Part shown: piece by piece, positions 50,366 to 58,952 of the stretch
Layout of the letters: each line of letters starts with the position of its first letter
Position numbering within the stretch: the first letter of the stretch is position 1
Source of the DNA: a virus
Lineage: Duplodnaviria > Caudoviricetes
IMG/VR virus record: IMGVR_UViG_3300013426_000001
Coordinates: 32,001 to 96,000 of that record
Length of the DNA stretch: 64,000 bases
Strand: one strand, 5' to 3'
The notes under the pieces: generated by a model
What the model saw: only the letters and a program-made list of their open reading frames with translations
Told to the model about the DNA's origin: nothing
Databases searched by the model: none
Program-made: the position numbers and the translations under genes

Positions 50366-50670
50366 TACAGATTACGAATAAAGACTTTTACAAGCGGTAT
50401 AAAAGTTTCAGCGGCTCCTTTTCCGAGTGGTTTAACGCTTGTGTAGACGAACACGACGTTTTTCGTTTTTGGTACAAAGACGACCCCGAAGACGCAAACG
50501 CCGATTACGTCCAAATTTCGAGCGTTATCGACATAGGCGGAGATTTTCTGCTCGGGTTGAAATTCGTTGACTGGAACGGCGAAGAAGAAGGGAAGGAAAT
50601 GGTCGAATTCAGAAGATTGAGCGAGGTGAGAGCAATCGAGATTTTTGCGAATGAGGAGGATTCGGAATGA
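50362..50670 (+). CDS. Hypothetical protein
   Basis: ATG 50362 behind GGAGG. Confidence 0.5.
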   Translation: MIQITNKDFYKRYKSFSGSFSEWFNACVDEHDVFRFWYKDDPEDANADYVQISSVIDIGGDFLLGLKFVDWNGEEEGKEMVEFRRLSEVRAIEIFANEEDSE

Positions 50671-51128
50671 TTGAAATTTTGTTTAGGGGTAAACGCAAAG
50701 ATAATGATCAATGGGTGCATGGGTTTTACTTTAAACGAGTCAGAAATTATGCGGGATTTAAAACCGAAGAACAGGCTTATATCAAATATGAAACTTGGGA
50801 TGAAGGTTTTGTTACTTATGAAGTCACCCTTAAAACTGTTGGTCAATTTACTGGGTTAACCGATAAAAACGGGCAGAAGATATTTGAAGGTGATATTCTT
50901 CGGGGATTCTGTTATCCTTTTCGAGATGGTGAGGGTAAGCATAACTATTATGCAGAAATTGTCTGGTTCAGCAACAGCCCTGCTTTTGGGTTGATCGCCC
51001 ACAAAACTCCAACATCTAACGTGGTTGGGATTGCAGACGGAAATTGTGAATATCTTGAAGATTGGGATAATACTCAATGGGAAGTAATTGGCAATATTTA
51101 TGATAATCCCGAACTTTTGGAGGATTAA
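50667..51128 (+). CDS. YopX family protein
   Basis: ILFRGK...TVGQFTGLTDKNGQKIFEGDIL...EVIGNIYDNPELL. Confidence 0.85.
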   Translation: MIEILFRGKRKDNDQWVHGFYFKRVRNYAGFKTEEQAYIKYETWDEGFVTYEVTLKTVGQFTGLTDKNGQKIFEGDILRGFCYPFRDGEGKHNYYAEIVWFSNSPAFGLIAHKTPTSNVVGIADGNCEYLEDWDNTQWEVIGNIYDNPELLED

Positions 51129-51380
51129 ATGAAACTTTCTAAAATCCCCGAATTAACCCGTGAGCAACTCGAAAAGAAATTCCCACAAAATCATTATTGC
51201 ATTACCTTTTACCCTGTAGAAGACGGTTTCCCCGACCCGATAAATGCGACACAGATTTTTGTGAAACTAACTAAATCAAAGGCGAAGGAATTGGCGGAAC
51301 TTTTCGAACGGACAAATAAGGGAAATGAGGTATTAAGGATTACAATAGAAATTTTCGAAATAGGATTAAATAATGATTAA
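51129..51380 (+). CDS. Hypothetical protein
   Basis: GGAGG RBS. Confidence 0.45.
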   Translation: MKLSKIPELTREQLEKKFPQNHYCITFYPVEDGFPDPINATQIFVKLTKSKAKELAELFERTNKGNEVLRITIEIFEIGLNND

Positions 51381-52122
51381 ATTATATAACGATGATTGTT
51401 TGAATATAATGTCCCAAATTGAGAACAATAGTATTGATTTGATTTTGTGTGATTTACCATATGGCTGCACTTCCTGCTCGTGGGATATAATCATCCCGTT
51501 TGATAAATTGTGGGAACAATATAAGAGGATAATTAAACCTAATGGAAATATAGTTTTATTTTCTTCGGGTTTATTTACTTATAAGTTAATAGAAAGCAAC
51601 TTAAAAGACTTTAAATATAAGCTTATTTGGAAGAAAAACGTCCCTACGGGTATGAGCTCTGCAAAGTATCGCCCAATGAAGTATTATGAAGAAATCTGCG
51701 TATTTAATTTTGGTAAAGGTTCGTATAATCCAATAATGAAAGATAGAGTGGGCGTAGGTAAAGATTGCTATAATTATGACCATTACTGCAACCCAAATAA
51801 CCATATCAATTTAGATAAGGTTAAAAGAAGATACGACCCTGATAAAGTACAACCCAGCGATGTATTGGAATTTAACGTCGTTCCTAATCGAAAAGGAAAA
51901 TTGCACCCGACACAAAAACCAGTTGAACTATTAGAGTATCTAATAAAAACTTATTCGAATGAGGGTGACATGGTGCTCGATAATTGTATGGGAAGCGGAA
52001 GTACGGGTGTTGCTTGTATAAACACTCATAGAGATTTTATTGGGATCGAATTAGATAAAAAATATTTCGATATTGCAAAAAACAGAATAGAAAGTTTTCA
52101 AATAAACGGCGAAAATAATTGA
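51373..52122 (+). CDS. DNA methyltransferase (N6-adenine/N4-cytosine, beta class)
   Basis: DLILCDLPYG precedes HPTQKP...VLDNCMGSGSTG...FIGIELD. Confidence 0.9.
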   Translation: MIKLYNDDCLNIMSQIENNSIDLILCDLPYGCTSCSWDIIIPFDKLWEQYKRIIKPNGNIVLFSSGLFTYKLIESNLKDFKYKLIWKKNVPTGMSSAKYRPMKYYEEICVFNFGKGSYNPIMKDRVGVGKDCYNYDHYCNPNNHINLDKVKRRYDPDKVQPSDVLEFNVVPNRKGKLHPTQKPVELLEYLIKTYSNEGDMVLDNCMGSGSTGVACINTHRDFIGIELDKKYFDIAKNRIESFQINGENN

Positions 52123-52147
52123 CATTTGCCTCCGATTATGTTATAAT
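52119..52147 (+). promoter_or_regulatory. sigmaA promoter P7
   Basis: TTGACA-N17-TATAAT, TGn; -35 overlaps the MTase TGA stop. Confidence 0.85.
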
Positions 52148-52172
52148 GAACGTGTAATCGGAGGTTTGATAT

Positions 52173-52421
52173 ATGCAGAAAATAGAGCCGACTCATAAAG
52201 AGATAATGGAACATTTGGATTGTTGCTACTACAGCCGCTGGCATAAAGGCATTTGTGAGTGCAAAAGCCCAAACCAATTCAAGAGTTGTTACGAGGCGGC
52301 GAAAAAGCGATTGACAAAAACGGTTTTGACCGAAGAGGAAATAAAACAAAAGCAGGAAGAAAACGCGAAGGCGATGTCGGATATAGACAAGGCGTTAGCA
52401 GCGTTTCACGGGGAGGAATAA
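52173..52421 (+). CDS. Hypothetical protein
   Basis: GGAGG RBS after P7. Confidence 0.5.
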   Translation: MQKIEPTHKEIMEHLDCCYYSRWHKGICECKSPNQFKSCYEAAKKRLTKTVLTEEEIKQKQEENAKAMSDIDKALAAFHGEE

Positions 52422-52422
52422 A

Positions 52423-52818
52423 ATGAAAAAACCGAGTAAATTCAAAAGATGGTTTTTAGGTCTTTTTGGCGGTGTGCCGAAGAGTGATTACAACATTGTT
52501 GTTGAGCAAAGAGACAATTTTATCGGCGACTTGAAAATCAACGATTCGCAGATTAAAGAGTTACAACAAGAAAACGAGCTTCTCAAAAAACAAATCGCTC
52601 ACGACCCGATGACGCCCGTTGCAATCACGACGTGGAATGTTAAACTCAAAGAAATCAAAAAGACGGCGACGATCGGTCCGCTGCCGTTAGATCAAACTGA
52701 ATTTTGTTTGCGTGACGCGGTTTTGATGGAAATCGCGCCGTTTATCAGAATCGAGCAAAGCCCGAGAAGTCAGACAGCAACTGCGACATTGTTACTCGCT
52801 GAGGTCGAAGATGTATAA
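52423..52818 (+). CDS. Hypothetical protein
   Basis: GGAGG RBS. Confidence 0.5.
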   Translation: MKKPSKFKRWFLGLFGGVPKSDYNIVVEQRDNFIGDLKINDSQIKELQQENELLKKQIAHDPMTPVAITTWNVKLKEIKKTATIGPLPLDQTEFCLRDAVLMEIAPFIRIEQSPRSQTATATLLLAEVEDV

Positions 52819-53470
52819 ATTCAAAAAACCGTTATCGGAAATCGATTATATAATTAGTTTTGATCTTGCTCTCTATAAAACGGGCATTTCATTATACAAT
52901 ATTAAGCAAAAATCAATCGTTCGAACCGACAAAATCGAAGTTTCACACAACGATGAAACGCCCGTAGCGACGCTTTATACCAAGCTTAAAGAATACCTGA
53001 CCTCGGCGGTCGAGAAATACGGCAATCTGTTGATGATTATCAAGGAAGCGATGCCCGCGCAAGCAGGTCGATTTACGACCATCGCGACACTCCAAACGCT
53101 CGCAAAGGCGCACGCGGCGCTCGATATCGCGGTTGCGAAAGTGGATGGGGTTGATTTTTATGACGAAGTGGGCGTTCACGCGGTCTCGGTAAAAGCGCTT
53201 TTCAAAACCGAAGAGAACCCGAAGCCGACAAAGACCGACATTAAAAAAGCAGTCTGCGCCTATTACGGGCTGAAAGTAGGCGATTTGACAGATGACGAAA
53301 GCGATTCGGTTGCGGTAATTTATACACTTATCAAGAAGAAGTGGAACGCGGATTTAAAAGACGAGATAAAGCGCGTTAAAAAAGAAATGAAAGGCTTAAA
53401 GCAAGAACGAGCAATCGAGGCACATCAAAAACGTATCGAGGAATTGCAGGGAATGCTTCTTGTCGAATAA
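52811..53470 (+). CDS. RuvC-like Holliday junction resolvase
   Basis: ISFDLALYKTG; IIKE; K..IK..V...DDESDSVAV. Confidence 0.75.
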   Translation: MYKFKKPLSEIDYIISFDLALYKTGISLYNIKQKSIVRTDKIEVSHNDETPVATLYTKLKEYLTSAVEKYGNLLMIIKEAMPAQAGRFTTIATLQTLAKAHAALDIAVAKVDGVDFYDEVGVHAVSVKALFKTEENPKPTKTDIKKAVCAYYGLKVGDLTDDESDSVAVIYTLIKKKWNADLKDEIKRVKKEMKGLKQERAIEAHQKRIEELQGMLLVE

Positions 53471-53485
53471 AAAATATATTTTATT
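53466..53485. repeat. Junction palindrome AATAAAA-AATATA-TTTTATT
   Basis: Perfect copy at the RuvC stop, before P8. Confidence 0.75.
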
Positions 53486-53528
53486 ACATCAAAAAATAAA
53501 ATAATTTTGCAAAACCCGTTTGTTTTAG

Positions 53529-53557
53529 TTGACAACGGGATTTTGTTGTGCTATAAT
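53529..53557 (+). promoter_or_regulatory. sigmaA promoter P8
   Basis: TTGACA-N17-TATAAT, TGn. Confidence 0.85.
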
Positions 53558-53587
53558 GTAGACACTGAAACAAAGGTGGTATGAATT

Positions 53588-55282
53588 ATGAACAAACAAG
53601 AATATGAAATCGTTAAAAACTTCTCTTACGAAGGGTATTGTGATTATCTCTCTAAAAAATACGAGGGTCTCGACAAGACGGGTTTGTTCAAACATCATAC
53701 TTTTGAAAACGTAAAAGCAAATTTGTCTAATCCCGACATTGCAAAAGATGCGACTGAAGAAGAAAGAAACACTATTACTTATTGTTCGTTTGACGAGCAC
53801 TTGTTTTTACACATTCTTATCGGAGAACAGACCGACGCTCGCAAAGCTCTTGGTTTGGGCGGAGCGGTTACTTATATAATCCCGCAGTTAAACAAATATT
53901 TCGATTGCGGCGAAATGGTTTATTCGTCTAATTATTACAGCAATCTCGACAAAGACGTTTTCGATATGCTTGTTAAAAGATGTGACGAGGCGATTACAAA
54001 AACCAACATCGCTCTCGATCACAATAAATCAATTTACTTGCAGGCTGAAAAATATCTCGAAGAAAACGGCAAAGCGTTAGTTGTAATTGGCACAGGTCTT
54101 GGTAAAACCACCACTGCTCTTGAATATTTATGGGAACATAAATGCCGTGCGCTCGTCATTGGACCGAATAACATTATAAAGAGCGGCTGGGAAGAATATA
54201 TCGATTGGTGCGATACCACAACTTATCAGGCATTTGCGAACAACTATCCCACCATCGACTATTCTCAATATGGTTTGGTTATTCTTGATGAGGCACACCA
54301 TGCGGGTTATGATGAAGACACGGGTAAAGGTGCGGCGGTTTGGAGCAAAGGTATTAAGTATATAATCGAGAATGGTGTAAAGGTTCTTGGTTTAACAGCA
54401 ACACCCGAAAGAAGTGATAAGATAGACATCGGTAGTACTATTTTTAGAGGTTGTGTTTGCGAAGGCTTCGCAGTCGAAGACGGCATTGAAAAGGGTATAA
54501 TTCACCCGTTCTCTTATATAACAGCTTATTATGACACGAATGGCATCGCAGAAGAATATTCTGATTGTGAAAACAAAGAACTTGTCGGGCAACTTGATCT
54601 CGCAATAAATAACACGCCGACCGTTAAAGACATATTCAGAAAACATATGCCGAATAATAAAAGAAAAGGCATTGTGTTTATTCAGGAAATTGCAGACGAA
54701 CAGGACGTTATAGATATAATGAAAGACGTTTACCCGAATGTTGAAATGAGAATTATTCATTCCAAAATGACCGACGAAGAAGTAAAGGCAAATCGTAAAT
54801 GGTTTGAAGAAACCGATGAGGGTTATTTACTTGCGGTTAATATGATTTCGGAAGGTGCTCATTACAGAGGTGTAAATACCCTAATTATGTTTAGAAGAAC
54901 GAATTCATATCTCGTTTTCACACAACAAATTGGACGCATTATAACGCTTGTTAAAAACGAGAACCCGAACGCAATTGTTTTCGACTTTGTAAATAATATT
55001 GAAAATATTGAATATAACAACAGAAAACAAGATAAAAAACGTATTCGCAACATTACAAATATTATAAGACAACTCGAAAAGACTTCTGCATTCAAATCCA
55101 AACAAATCATTGTTGCCGACGAAACAAGAAACATTGTAAAGTGCATACGCAAAATTAAAGAATTCGAAGATAATTCTTGGTTGGAATGGGAGGATGATAT
55201 TATTAGGAAATATTATCCAACAGAGGGAGCAGAAGGTTGTATGAAGAGAATTAATCAAAAAAGAAAGGAATTAGGTATTTAA
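53588..55282 (+). CDS. SF2 (DEAH/ResIII-like) helicase with N-terminal HNH-like domain
   Basis: GTGLGKT, LDEAHH, GLTATP, MISEG, QQIGR; N-terminal KHH...YC..DEHLFLH. Confidence 0.8.
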   Translation: MNKQEYEIVKNFSYEGYCDYLSKKYEGLDKTGLFKHHTFENVKANLSNPDIAKDATEEERNTITYCSFDEHLFLHILIGEQTDARKALGLGGAVTYIIPQLNKYFDCGEMVYSSNYYSNLDKDVFDMLVKRCDEAITKTNIALDHNKSIYLQAEKYLEENGKALVVIGTGLGKTTTALEYLWEHKCRALVIGPNNIIKSGWEEYIDWCDTTTYQAFANNYPTIDYSQYGLVILDEAHHAGYDEDTGKGAAVWSKGIKYIIENGVKVLGLTATPERSDKIDIGSTIFRGCVCEGFAVEDGIEKGIIHPFSYITAYYDTNGIAEEYSDCENKELVGQLDLAINNTPTVKDIFRKHMPNNKRKGIVFIQEIADEQDVIDIMKDVYPNVEMRIIHSKMTDEEVKANRKWFEETDEGYLLAVNMISEGAHYRGVNTLIMFRRTNSYLVFTQQIGRIITLVKNENPNAIVFDFVNNIENIEYNNRKQDKKRIRNITNIIRQLEKTSAFKSKQIIVADETRNIVKCIRKIKEFEDNSWLEWEDDIIRKYYPTEGAEGCMKRINQKRKELGI

Positions 55283-55285
55283 CCC

Positions 55286-55993
55286 ATGGAAAGAAATCAA
55301 AATGCAATTATGAAACGTGCACATATTCTTGGAGTTAAATTTGATGAATATTTTTGGTCGGAAGAAGAAATAGAACTCTTAAAAAAATATTATCCAATTG
55401 AAGGCACCGAATGTTATAAAAGATTTAAAAATCTTTCTAAAACTCAAATTAAAAGTGCGGCAATTAGATTAAAAATATATCGCAATCCTATGTGGTCTAT
55501 TGAAGAAAATGAAATTATGAAACAATATTATCCGATAGAAGGCGGAAATTGTTATAAAAGATTAAATAATAAAACAAAAAAGCAAACATTACAACACGCT
55601 ACAATTCTTCATTTATCTTGCCACACAGTTAATACATCGGCTGACAGATGGACCGAAGAAGATGATAATATTATAAAGCAATATTATCCGATAGAAGGGA
55701 GCGAATGTTATAAAAGAATTGCAGGTACTACTAAAGCCACCGTTAGAGGTAGAGCTTCTTTTTTAGGTATTAAAGATATGACATCTAAAGTGATGGCGCG
55801 TAAGATTTTATGCGTAGAAACAGGAGAAATATTTAATAGTATTACAGATGCAGCAAAAATATATGGTTGTATGACAAAGATTGGGGCTGTTTGTAAAGGC
55901 AAAAAAGAGACTGCTGGTAAGCTTGCTGATGGAACAAAATTACGTTGGAAATATGTTGAAGAAACAGCAGAAGAAACATCAACCGCTGAATAA
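55286..55993 (+). CDS. Myb/SANT-like repeat protein with C-terminal NUMOD1 DNA-binding domain
   Basis: Three W(S/T)xEE..I.KxYYPIEG..CYKR repeats; ILCVETGEIFNSITDAA...IGAVCKGK..TAG...WKY. Confidence 0.7.
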   Translation: MERNQNAIMKRAHILGVKFDEYFWSEEEIELLKKYYPIEGTECYKRFKNLSKTQIKSAAIRLKIYRNPMWSIEENEIMKQYYPIEGGNCYKRLNNKTKKQTLQHATILHLSCHTVNTSADRWTEEDDNIIKQYYPIEGSECYKRIAGTTKATVRGRASFLGIKDMTSKVMARKILCVETGEIFNSITDAAKIYGCMTKIGAVCKGKKETAGKLADGTKLRWKYVEETAEETSTAE

Positions 55994-56008
55994 AAGAGAC
56001 ATTTCATC
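55989..56008. repeat. Junction palindrome AATAAAA-GAGACA-TTTCATC
   Basis: 2 mismatches; at a stop codon, before P9. Confidence 0.65.
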
Positions 56009-56072
56009 GTGTATCGATAGAGTCTTAATTTAATTTTGACACAAAAATTTTTCAGAAACTCCGTTCAAATAG

Positions 56073-56101
56073 TTGACAACTCGGAGTTTTTGTGTTATAA
56101 T
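56073..56101 (+). promoter_or_regulatory. sigmaA promoter P9
   Basis: TTGACA-N17-TATAAT, TGn. Confidence 0.85.
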
Positions 56102-56123
56102 GAGGCCACAGTTGGAGGTAGTT

Positions 56124-56564
56124 ATGAGACTGTGGCACATCGATTTGATTCCATATCTTCCTAAATCACAGTTACTTGCTCAATGGCGCGAACTTAACTC
56201 GGTATACACAAAACAAGATAGACATATCCTTATCAATTATATATACGACTACAACCGTCATTATCTCAAAGCGTATTCCGATAAGGTAATCGCCGAAATG
56301 CGCCGTCGTGGAATAAAAATCCGTGACTTATCGAAATATGACACTTATTTTTGGGGAATGCAAAATGGGTTTGCGAGGAAAGAAATCGTCGGGATAGAAT
56401 CGGGGTTGCGGTTCAAAGAGCACAACGACGAATATTTGCGGATTTGTTATTACAATCTCAAAGAGAAATATATGCGCGGACAGAAAGATTTCGATTACCC
56501 GACGTGGGTAAGATTATACTATTTTTGTAAAAATATTTTAAAAAAGGAGAAAACAAATGGCTGA
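56124..56564 (+). CDS. Pyrimidine-dimer DNA glycosylase/endonuclease V-like protein
   Basis: MRLWHIDLIPYLPKSQLLAQWREL...EMRRRG...EHNDEYL..C..NLKEK. Confidence 0.7.
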   Translation: MRLWHIDLIPYLPKSQLLAQWRELNSVYTKQDRHILINYIYDYNRHYLKAYSDKVIAEMRRRGIKIRDLSKYDTYFWGMQNGFARKEIVGIESGLRFKEHNDEYLRICYYNLKEKYMRGQKDFDYPTWVRLYYFCKNILKKEKTNG

Positions 56565-57048
56565 ATTTCCGAAGTTCTTCGTAAAAGACTTTGATCACAA
56601 CGCTCAACTTATAGAAAACTATAATATTTTGCGTTATCGCGAAGAAGAAATCAAAAAACTCAAAAAGAAATGCGCGACACGAGCCGAGTTCGCAGAAAAG
56701 TTACGCACCGAATTCATGTGGCGTTATTGGTCGAAAGCAGAGCACGAACTTATCATAAGTAGAATCGAAGACGGGAGAATTTTGCTCACGCCGTGGTGTG
56801 GCTGCCGCGATGACGAAAAAGCGACGATCGATGTGACAGATGATTACTCGCAGCTCGATTGGAGTGCGTTTGCCGACTACCATATCAACAGGCAGGTTTA
56901 CAAAACCGAAGCGAAAATCGACGTTTATGACCAGATTATGTTCGGGGACAGATTCGAGAAATTAGTCGATACATTATGGACAACGCGGTTCAAATACGAA
57001 CGCGACAACCCTAAATTTCACGACCAAGATAAGGAGGTAAAACAATGA
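56557..57048 (+). CDS. Hypothetical phage protein
   Basis: YWSKAEHELII...KIDVYDQI. Confidence 0.55.
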   Translation: MAEFPKFFVKDFDHNAQLIENYNILRYREEEIKKLKKKCATRAEFAEKLRTEFMWRYWSKAEHELIISRIEDGRILLTPWCGCRDDEKATIDVTDDYSQLDWSAFADYHINRQVYKTEAKIDVYDQIMFGDRFEKLVDTLWTTRFKYERDNPKFHDQDKEVKQ

Positions 57049-57554
57049 ACTGGAACAGACAATCGGTTAGAGAATTTAACCGCAAGCACAAAACCAATTA
57101 CACAAAGGCGGAACTCGAGGCGCTCGACTTCGCGATAAAGTTCCGCGCAGGCAATGCGAATGTTCAATCGATGAGAGACCTCGCGCTTAACCCGTTTATC
57201 AACATCGAACTCGAAGAACCGATACCCGAAGGAACGGAAGTAAAGCTTAATTACGAGGTTATAAAGAGCCGCCCGACTTATCCGAGATTGTCGCAAAAAT
57301 ACAAAGATTTCATCGAGGCGAACAAGGACGCGGTTTTACATACAACGGACGAGAACGCGAAGAAGGGTTACGTTTGCCTTGCAGAAGACCCCGACAAGTT
57401 GTGGTTATGGACGCCGCTTTTCGACCTTTTATATAAGAACGAAGCGGGCGAATTCGTGGAATACGGTGACTCGATTTTGGCACCAAAAGACGAAGAAGAG
57501 GAGAAAAAGGAAAATGTATCAGACAAAGCTGACGAAGGAACAGTTGGCGTATAA
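57045..57554 (+). CDS. Hypothetical phage protein
   Basis: AAGGAGG RBS; EGTEVKLNYE..K....Y...S..YK.F. Confidence 0.55.
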   Translation: MNWNRQSVREFNRKHKTNYTKAELEALDFAIKFRAGNANVQSMRDLALNPFINIELEEPIPEGTEVKLNYEVIKSRPTYPRLSQKYKDFIEANKDAVLHTTDENAKKGYVCLAEDPDKLWLWTPLFDLLYKNEAGEFVEYGDSILAPKDEEEEKKENVSDKADEGTVGV

Positions 57555-57672
57555 CCTCGCGTATCATCTCGAACGAGAGGTTGACAAGCCCGCGCACGAA
57601 GTTATTATAGAAACATTGGCGGCTTACGAAGAAAATTCAAAAAAGAGTAACAAAACGCTTGACAAAGAATAA
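57514..57672 (+). CDS. Small hypothetical protein
   Basis: ATG 57514 behind AAAGGA. Confidence 0.35.
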   Translation: MYQTKLTKEQLAYNLAYHLEREVDKPAHEVIIETLAAYEENSKKSNKTLDKE

Positions 57673-57687
57673 TCGGCGTGTTATAAT
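57659..57687 (+). promoter_or_regulatory. sigmaA promoter P10
   Basis: TTGACA-N17-TATAAT, TGn. Confidence 0.85.
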
Positions 57688-57719
57688 GAAGAAAAAGTGA
57701 TTAAAAGGAGCAAAATTTA

Positions 57720-58940
57720 ATGGCAGTTTATTTTGACGCGGTGGGAACAATTCATCCCATCAAAGAAACAGACAAATTTAAAGCGGTCGAATATCGCAGA
57801 TTCGATTCTTCTGGTTACGCAAAGAAAACCATTCGTTTCAATTTCCGTACTAACACGGGTTCAATTACGAATATGGAAATCAGCGCGTTATACAGAGCAA
57901 ATGAAGACGGAACGCCCGCAGACGAAAACAGAACATTCGATAAGAAAGAGGGGTGGATTGAGTATCCCGAAAGAAAGGAATACCCCGACAAGGGAAGATT
58001 CCAGACGAGTTTTCTTGACAAATCGCCTTATAAAGTCGCGAACGTTCTTAAAGCATATGAAGCAGGCAATCTCTCGACTTATGATGCGGATAAATACGGG
58101 ATTCATTCGGAAGAAGATTACGAGGCATTGAGCAAAAAGTATAACAGTTGCGTAAAGCGTTTTCTTTTTGATATTGATTTTATCAATTATTTCGAAAGAA
58201 TTTTGGCAAACTACGATAAATTCCTCAAAGACAGACTTATGAAAGTAAGTGGCGAATGGACATTCGAATATTCCGCACAGAAAGACACGGTTTATAAAAA
58301 GTTCGTTCCTAACCGCATCGAATATTGTCACGATGAAGAACCCGTTCAGGTAATCGGTCTTAAAATTCCGTTTATTTTTGAAGGAGATAATCCGATAGCG
58401 GTTGGCAAAGGTGATAAGAAGGTGTTGAAGGGTTATACGCCTTATTACGCGAGAGAATTCAAAATGGAGACTTTTGGCGGAAAATATCTCAAACCGATCG
58501 AAATTGTTATACCCGAAAACATCGAGAAATCCGTTGCAAACAGATTTGAGAAAAAAGATCCGACCGTAACTTCGAAGTATAAATTGTGGAACTTAAATTG
58601 CGCTTATATTAACGGAGCGGAAAAGAAAGATATCGAAGAAGACGACCTTACAGAAGACGAGAAATTCGATATCGAGTGCGGTTTCAGAACGCTCGAAGAA
58701 ATCAAAGCTGAGCACGCGAAAGCAGACAAAGGTGCGGAAGGCAACGGCAAATACGACTCGACCAAGGTTTACGGCGACAGGATTACCGAAATCAGGCTCA
58801 TAAAATGCGGAGAAAAGGGAAACCCCGAAAACGCCGAATACGACGACGGGCAGACGCAGCACCCGACGCACGATATGCCAGAAGAAGTAAAACAGGCGAT
58901 GAATTCGGTAAGCGACGATGACGATATTTTTGAGATATAA
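57720..58940 (+). CDS. Putative single-stranded DNA-binding protein
   Basis: Beta-rich with OB-like segment (MKVSGEWTFEYS), acidic tail DDDDIFEI, adjacent to ERF. Confidence 0.5.
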   Translation: MAVYFDAVGTIHPIKETDKFKAVEYRRFDSSGYAKKTIRFNFRTNTGSITNMEISALYRANEDGTPADENRTFDKKEGWIEYPERKEYPDKGRFQTSFLDKSPYKVANVLKAYEAGNLSTYDADKYGIHSEEDYEALSKKYNSCVKRFLFDIDFINYFERILANYDKFLKDRLMKVSGEWTFEYSAQKDTVYKKFVPNRIEYCHDEEPVQVIGLKIPFIFEGDNPIAVGKGDKKVLKGYTPYYAREFKMETFGGKYLKPIEIVIPENIEKSVANRFEKKDPTVTSKYKLWNLNCAYINGAEKKDIEEDDLTEDEKFDIECGFRTLEEIKAEHAKADKGAEGNGKYDSTKVYGDRITEIRLIKCGEKGNPENAEYDDGQTQHPTHDMPEEVKQAMNSVSDDDDIFEI

Positions 58941-58952
58941 TCGGAGGTAAAT

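Noticed and set aside
34645-56123. Track starts at 34645, 44170 and 56073
   Set aside because: These upstream starts lie inside promoter sequence; the downstream ATGs at 34702, 44221 and 56124 follow GGAGG and are preferred.
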